DNA of 64,000 bases from Bacteroidota bacterium. Lineage in GTDB: Bacteria > Bacteroidota > Bacteroidia > 2-12-FULL-35-15. The notes under the pieces were generated by a model. The model ran no database searches. It was not told where the DNA came from and saw only the letters and a list, made by a program, of their open reading frames with translations. Below, one piece after another: positions 60,515 to 64,000 of the stretch. The stretch lies in assembly GCA_016722565.1 (NCBI GenBank), contig JADKIU010000002.1, positions 454,119-518,118 on the forward strand. The letters are read 5' to 3'. Every line of letters starts with the position of its first letter. Position 1 is the stretch's first letter. The translations under genes were made by a program, and so were the position numbers.

Positions 60515-60516
60515 TT

Positions 60517-61437
60517 CTATTTATTAACTTGGAATTTTGTGATACCGTTCTTGAAAAAATCAACTATTTGATTTGCAGCAGCCAATCCAGCATTAATATT
60601 GGCTTCAGATGTTTCTGCTCCTTGTTTTTTAGGAGTGCAATAGTATCTATTCTCAAACTTCAAAAGCTCTTCATGATTTCCCGGCATAATGTCGGAGATG
60701 TATTTAAAATCAGGTCTTTTTTCAAATACTTGTACTAATTCTGCTTCATTGATTACTTCTTTTCTTGCAGTATTAATTACTGTTGCACCTACAGGCATTT
60801 TCGACAATAATTCTAAATTAATTGAATTCTTTGTTTTTTCAGTTGCCGGAATGTTTAACGAGATGTAATGACAAGTACTATACAATTCTTCAACAGAGTT
60901 CACACCTTTGATTCCGTCCTTTTCAATAACTTCTTTTGGAACAAAAGGATCGAATGCATACACGTCCATATCAAAACCTTTTGCAATGCGGGCTACGTTC
61001 TTTCCAACATTTCCATACGCATGAATACCAATTTTCTTTCCTTTTAATTCGGTTCCTGAAACGCCTTTAAAGTTTCCACGAGCCATAAACACAAGCATAC
61101 CAAAGGTTAACTCAGCAACAGCATTTGAATTTTGTCCGGGTGTATTCATTGCCACAATTCCTTTTTCAGTAGCTGCAGCTAAGTCAATGTTATCGTACCC
61201 TGCTCCAGCACGCACAATCAGTTTTAATTTTTTACCTGCATCAATCACTTGTTTAGTCGCTTTATCACTTCTGATAATCATTGCATCAGCGTCTGCAACT
61301 GCTTTAAGAAGATCATCTGGATTTGTATAATTCTCTAACAGGCTAATTTCATAACCAGCGTCTGTAATTATTTTTTTTATTCCTTCAACAGCTGTTTTCG
61401 CAAAAGCCTTTTCTGTAGCAACTAATATTTTGGTCAT
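60517..61437 (-). CDS. serA: D-3-phosphoglycerate dehydrogenase / D-isomer-specific 2-hydroxyacid dehydrogenase
   Basis: NAD-binding GxGxxG (IGIHAYGNVGKNVA) and the family catalytic region. Confidence 0.75.
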   Translation of the reverse strand: MTKILVATEKAFAKTAVEGIKKIITDAGYEISLLENYTNPDDLLKAVADADAMIIRSDKATKQVIDAGKKLKLIVRAGAGYDNIDLAAATEKGIVAMNTPGQNSNAVAELTFGMLVFMARGNFKGVSGTELKGKKIGIHAYGNVGKNVARIAKGFDMDVYAFDPFVPKEVIEKDGIKGVNSVEELYSTCHYISLNIPATEKTKNSINLELLSKMPVGATVINTARKEVINEAELVQVFEKRPDFKYISDIMPGNHEELLKFENRYYCTPKKQGAETSEANINAGLAAANQIVDFFKNGITKFQVNK

Positions 61438-61471
61438 AATTGGATGTTTAATTCAGTGTAAAAATAAGTTT

Positions 61472-62860
61472 TTATCGATTAACTACCACATGAAATTTTA
61501 AGTCGTATCCCAAGCGTAATTCTTTATTTGTAAAATGACTCGTATCTGTTCCTATTTCGGTTGAATAAAGCATTCCGGGAGGAGGAAGCAGTGGTAATAC
61601 AATCAATGTATCTGTATCGATCGTTTTATTCAAGGCTGTTATGTATTCTATTCTAGTGTCATTGGCTTTTGCATAATTGGATGCAATGAAATATTGCGTG
61701 ATTAAATGAAAACACATCAATGCAATTCCAAAAATCACAGTACCATTTTTTATAAAACCAAGTTGTTTTAGGTTGAATAGGCTTTTATAACCGGCATAAA
61801 AGAACAAAAGCGAACAATAAATAGCAAAAAGGAATGATACCAAAAACCAAATTCTTGGCGGTCCGGTTTCGACCATCACATACGCTACAAGAAAAAAGAA
61901 AATGAATAATGTTACGGCAAAGAGTAAAGAGATTTTATAAAAAAACGATTTAAATGAAACATCCAAGTTCTTTATTTTAAAAGTGTTTAGAGCATCTCCT
62001 AAAAACAAAAAAGGAGTAGAGAACACAACGATATACATCAATTTGGATGGCAGATACAATGCTCCGAATTTCACAATCGATTTGGCTGTGATGTAAAATG
62101 AATTCCAAAACTGATGTTCGGGAAAAAGTCCGTCACGCAAATAATTACCTGGAGCTACTAAAAATAACAGAAAGGAGATGGCAAAAGCGACATACACAAT
62201 CAACGTTCTTTGATGAATAACTAGAAACGATTTTATCGCTTTTAACTTCCGATATTGAAGCACAAGATAAGCCGTAAAAAACAATCCAAAAATTGCCGAA
62301 TATACTTCTGATGAACCACCAACATAGATAAAGCAAAGAATTGAAAAAAGAGTTGATAAAACTGATTTTTTAGAATTTGTTAGAAAAACCATTCCCCAAA
62401 TAAAAGCAATAATGCTCCACATGTAGGAGCTTTGAGCGCAAAACCAAAACCACGATTCACCGATATCGACACTCAAAAAAAACAGTAGGGCCGTAAAAGT
62501 AGCAGCAGCCATTATTTTATGAGAAATTGAAATTACAATCGATAGATGTATTGCGACATTTCGAATCAAATAATAAACGCCTACAAAAACAAGCAGGGCA
62601 GAAGCAAAAGGAAAAAAAGCATAGAAAGCGTAATTGACATCAAATGCTTTATAAAAAATATCCATGGCAAAGGTAGCCGCAAATCGACCGCACCATTCCA
62701 TGTATTGAGATGTAACACCGGTAATAATTCCATGATTTCGAACATCCCAAATAAAATAAAAGTCATCGGTTGCTAATCGGTTATAATAGCAGAGCATGAG
62801 CAACAAGCATCCGAATAGAGCAAGAAGAGAAGAGAGGAGAACCGTGTACTGTTTACTCAT
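61472..62860 (-). CDS. polytopic integral membrane protein (~12 TM), possibly a GT-C-like glycosyltransferase
   Basis: Strongly hydrophobic 462-aa ORF. A DD motif (RLATDDFYF) sits in the first loop, as in GT-C enzymes. The function is speculative. Confidence 0.45.
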   Translation of the reverse strand: MSKQYTVLLSSLLALFGCLLLMLCYYNRLATDDFYFIWDVRNHGIITGVTSQYMEWCGRFAATFAMDIFYKAFDVNYAFYAFFPFASALLVFVGVYYLIRNVAIHLSIVISISHKIMAAATFTALLFFLSVDIGESWFWFCAQSSYMWSIIAFIWGMVFLTNSKKSVLSTLFSILCFIYVGGSSEVYSAIFGLFFTAYLVLQYRKLKAIKSFLVIHQRTLIVYVAFAISFLLFLVAPGNYLRDGLFPEHQFWNSFYITAKSIVKFGALYLPSKLMYIVVFSTPFLFLGDALNTFKIKNLDVSFKSFFYKISLLFAVTLFIFFFLVAYVMVETGPPRIWFLVSFLFAIYCSLLFFYAGYKSLFNLKQLGFIKNGTVIFGIALMCFHLITQYFIASNYAKANDTRIEYITALNKTIDTDTLIVLPLLPPPGMLYSTEIGTDTSHFTNKELRLGYDLKFHVVVNR

Positions 62861-62873
62861 GAAGTAAAGCTAA

Positions 62874-62914
62874 TAAAAAAAGCTCCGCCCAGAATAATCT
62901 GGGCGGAGCTTTTT
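62874..62914 (-). terminator. intrinsic terminator downstream of the last T9SS cargo gene
   Basis: 11-bp stem AGCTCCGCCCA / TGGGCGGAGCT with A/T runs on both sides. Confidence 0.65.
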
Positions 62915-62927
62915 ACAATTTATTAAT

Positions 62928-64000
62928 TTACTTTTGAGCGACTATCAGTTTTTTTGTAAAGGTATGTTCTCCTATCTGAAGTTGAATTAAATACATACCA
63001 TTACTAATTCCTTCGGTATTCCATCGAAGCTCATTCTGTCCAGAAATCATATTTTTTTCGTCCACAATGGCTATTTTGTTGCCTAAAAGATCTACGACAG
63101 ATACTTTGACCATCTCATCCTTCATTAACGAAAAACGAATGGTTGTTAAATCATTCACAGGGTTCGGAAAAATATCGAATGAATTGTTTTCTAATGATTC
63201 GGATATGTCGGTATTGGAAGGATTGCACGAACAATCGATATAGGCATAACCAAAGTGTCCAGTTAATGTACAATCGCTCGTTTGAAACTGAATTGTCACT
63301 GTAGTTCCAACAAAAGAAGTTAGGTCAATAGTATCTGTTGTCCATTTCTTATAATAACCAACACTAAAACCAAACGAATCATTAAAAGGTTTATAGGAAG
63401 TATCGCTTAATGCTGCTAAAGGAACGATTGAGTCAGAATAAATAAGAACATTAGAAGCATCGAATACTTTTATATCAAATCTTGGCTGTTCCGCTGGTGT
63501 ATGTCCCGGTGGACTTTCTAGTACAACCGCATATTTATAAATGAAAGAAGTGTCTGCAGGAGAAACAATATATTGGTATCTCAAATACTCTGTTTCAGCT
63601 CCAATTTGGCTATTCCCCAGACAGGTAGAATATACTCCGCTACCCGGAGCTACCAAAGGGATTTCAGGTAATCCGCTAACAATACTAATTGCATAAGGAT
63701 CAAAACCAGTACCTGATGTAATTGTATGACGACTAGTAACAAATCCAGGAATCCATGTAGGTGGTGTCAAAGGCATTAAATCACACATTCCAGTTGCAGC
63801 CATCCAATTTGTAAAATCGCCAGATTCAAAACCTGCATTATCACAAGGACCGGAAGAAACGTTTAGTGGGGCAAAAAAAAATGTATTTGCATCAACTAAG
63901 CCTTTCTTCCTATTAATATAGTCTAATTTTTTATGTCGAATAATCGAATTGAATTCTGATTCAGGGATTCCTTTTTGTTTAAGTTCAAATAAGATGGCTT
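62928..64000 (-). CDS. secreted protein paralogous to the N-terminal passenger of 39484..41436 but ending in a T9SS type A sorting domain; 5' end lies beyond the window
   Basis: ...PCDNAGFESGDFTNWMAATGMCDLMPLTPPTWIPGFVTSRHTI...QPRFDIKVFDAS...TVTIQFQTSDCTLTGHFGYAYID aligns with the 41436 gene. C-terminus is FDIFPNPVNDLTTIRFSL...GMYLIQLQ. The ORF continues upstream past 63803 in the same frame. Confidence 0.8.
   Translation of the reverse strand, partial: AILFELKQKGIPESEFNSIIRHKKLDYINRKKGLVDANTFFFAPLNVSSGPCDNAGFESGDFTNWMAATGMCDLMPLTPPTWIPGFVTSRHTITSGTGFDPYAISIVSGLPEIPLVAPGSGVYSTCLGNSQIGAETEYLRYQYIVSPADTSFIYKYAVVLESPPGHTPAEQPRFDIKVFDASNVLIYSDSIVPLAALSDTSYKPFNDSFGFSVGYYKKWTTDTIDLTSFVGTTVTIQFQTSDCTLTGHFGYAYIDCSCNPSNTDISESLENNSFDIFPNPVNDLTTIRFSLMKDEMVKVSVVDLLGNKIAIVDEKNMISGQNELRWNTEGISNGMYLIQLQIGEHTFTKKLIVAQK

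Noticed and set aside
63878-63886. A9 homopolymer in the last gene
   Set aside because: The reading frame is continuous across it (encodes ...ANTFFFAPL...). No frameshift is evident.
1-64000. Search for tRNA, rRNA, CRISPR arrays and IS elements
   Set aside because: Intergenic regions are short (mostly under 170 bp) and contain only promoters and terminators. No direct-repeat and spacer periodicity, no tRNA-like GGTTCGAAT T-arm motifs, and no transposase or integrase ORFs were seen. A by-eye scan is not exhaustive.

Overview
This window reads as 64 kb of core chromosome from a low-GC Bacteroidota genome, probably Flavobacteriales; the genus cannot be determined from sequence alone. The assignment rests on six type IX secretion (T9SS) C-terminal sorting domains, a bacillithiol gene (bshB1), Bacteroidota-type -33 TTG / -7 TAnnTTTG promoter motifs, and the conserved gene order bamD-rpoZ-coaBC-DUF4835-recN. 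Most genes are housekeeping: MBL-fold RNA hydrolase, gpx, bshB1, ffh, folD, rpsA, pyrR-pyrB, rnz, yebC, kdsA, rarA, lpxL-like, smpB, pyrD, HMG-CoA lyase, fabI, recN, coaBC, rpoZ, bamD, csp, yggS, DUF1015-serA. Interspersed with these are many secreted T9SS cargo proteins (SBBP, FG-GAP and 7-blade propeller repeats), two TonB-dependent receptors, a PepSY protein and a LuxR-type response regulator. No rRNA, tRNA, CRISPR array, transposase or integrase was recognised. The points most worth a second look are as follows. (1) Conserved genes disrupted by single-base frameshifts, mostly in homopolymer runs: rpsA (two), HMG-CoA lyase, and a SET-domain gene. These are either homopolymer sequencing errors or real pseudogenisation. 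(2) A manganese/iron module: an MntH-UspA fusion, a DtxR/MntR repressor and a divergently transcribed TonB-dependent receptor, separated by a perfect 22-bp palindrome that is a candidate operator. (3) A periplasmic TPR-SpoIIE membrane phosphatase with a degenerate remnant of its own C-terminus immediately upstream, and a STAS antagonist gene 6 kb away. (4) Two paralogous T9SS cargo genes that share an N-terminal passenger but end in different sorting domains (type B versus type A). (5) Similar CAATTG-loop hairpins flanking the large FG-GAP gene. (6) A long-loop hairpin plus U-run directly in front of coaBC. Nothing here can be firmly called a novel system from sequence alone. The candidates are listed below with tests.
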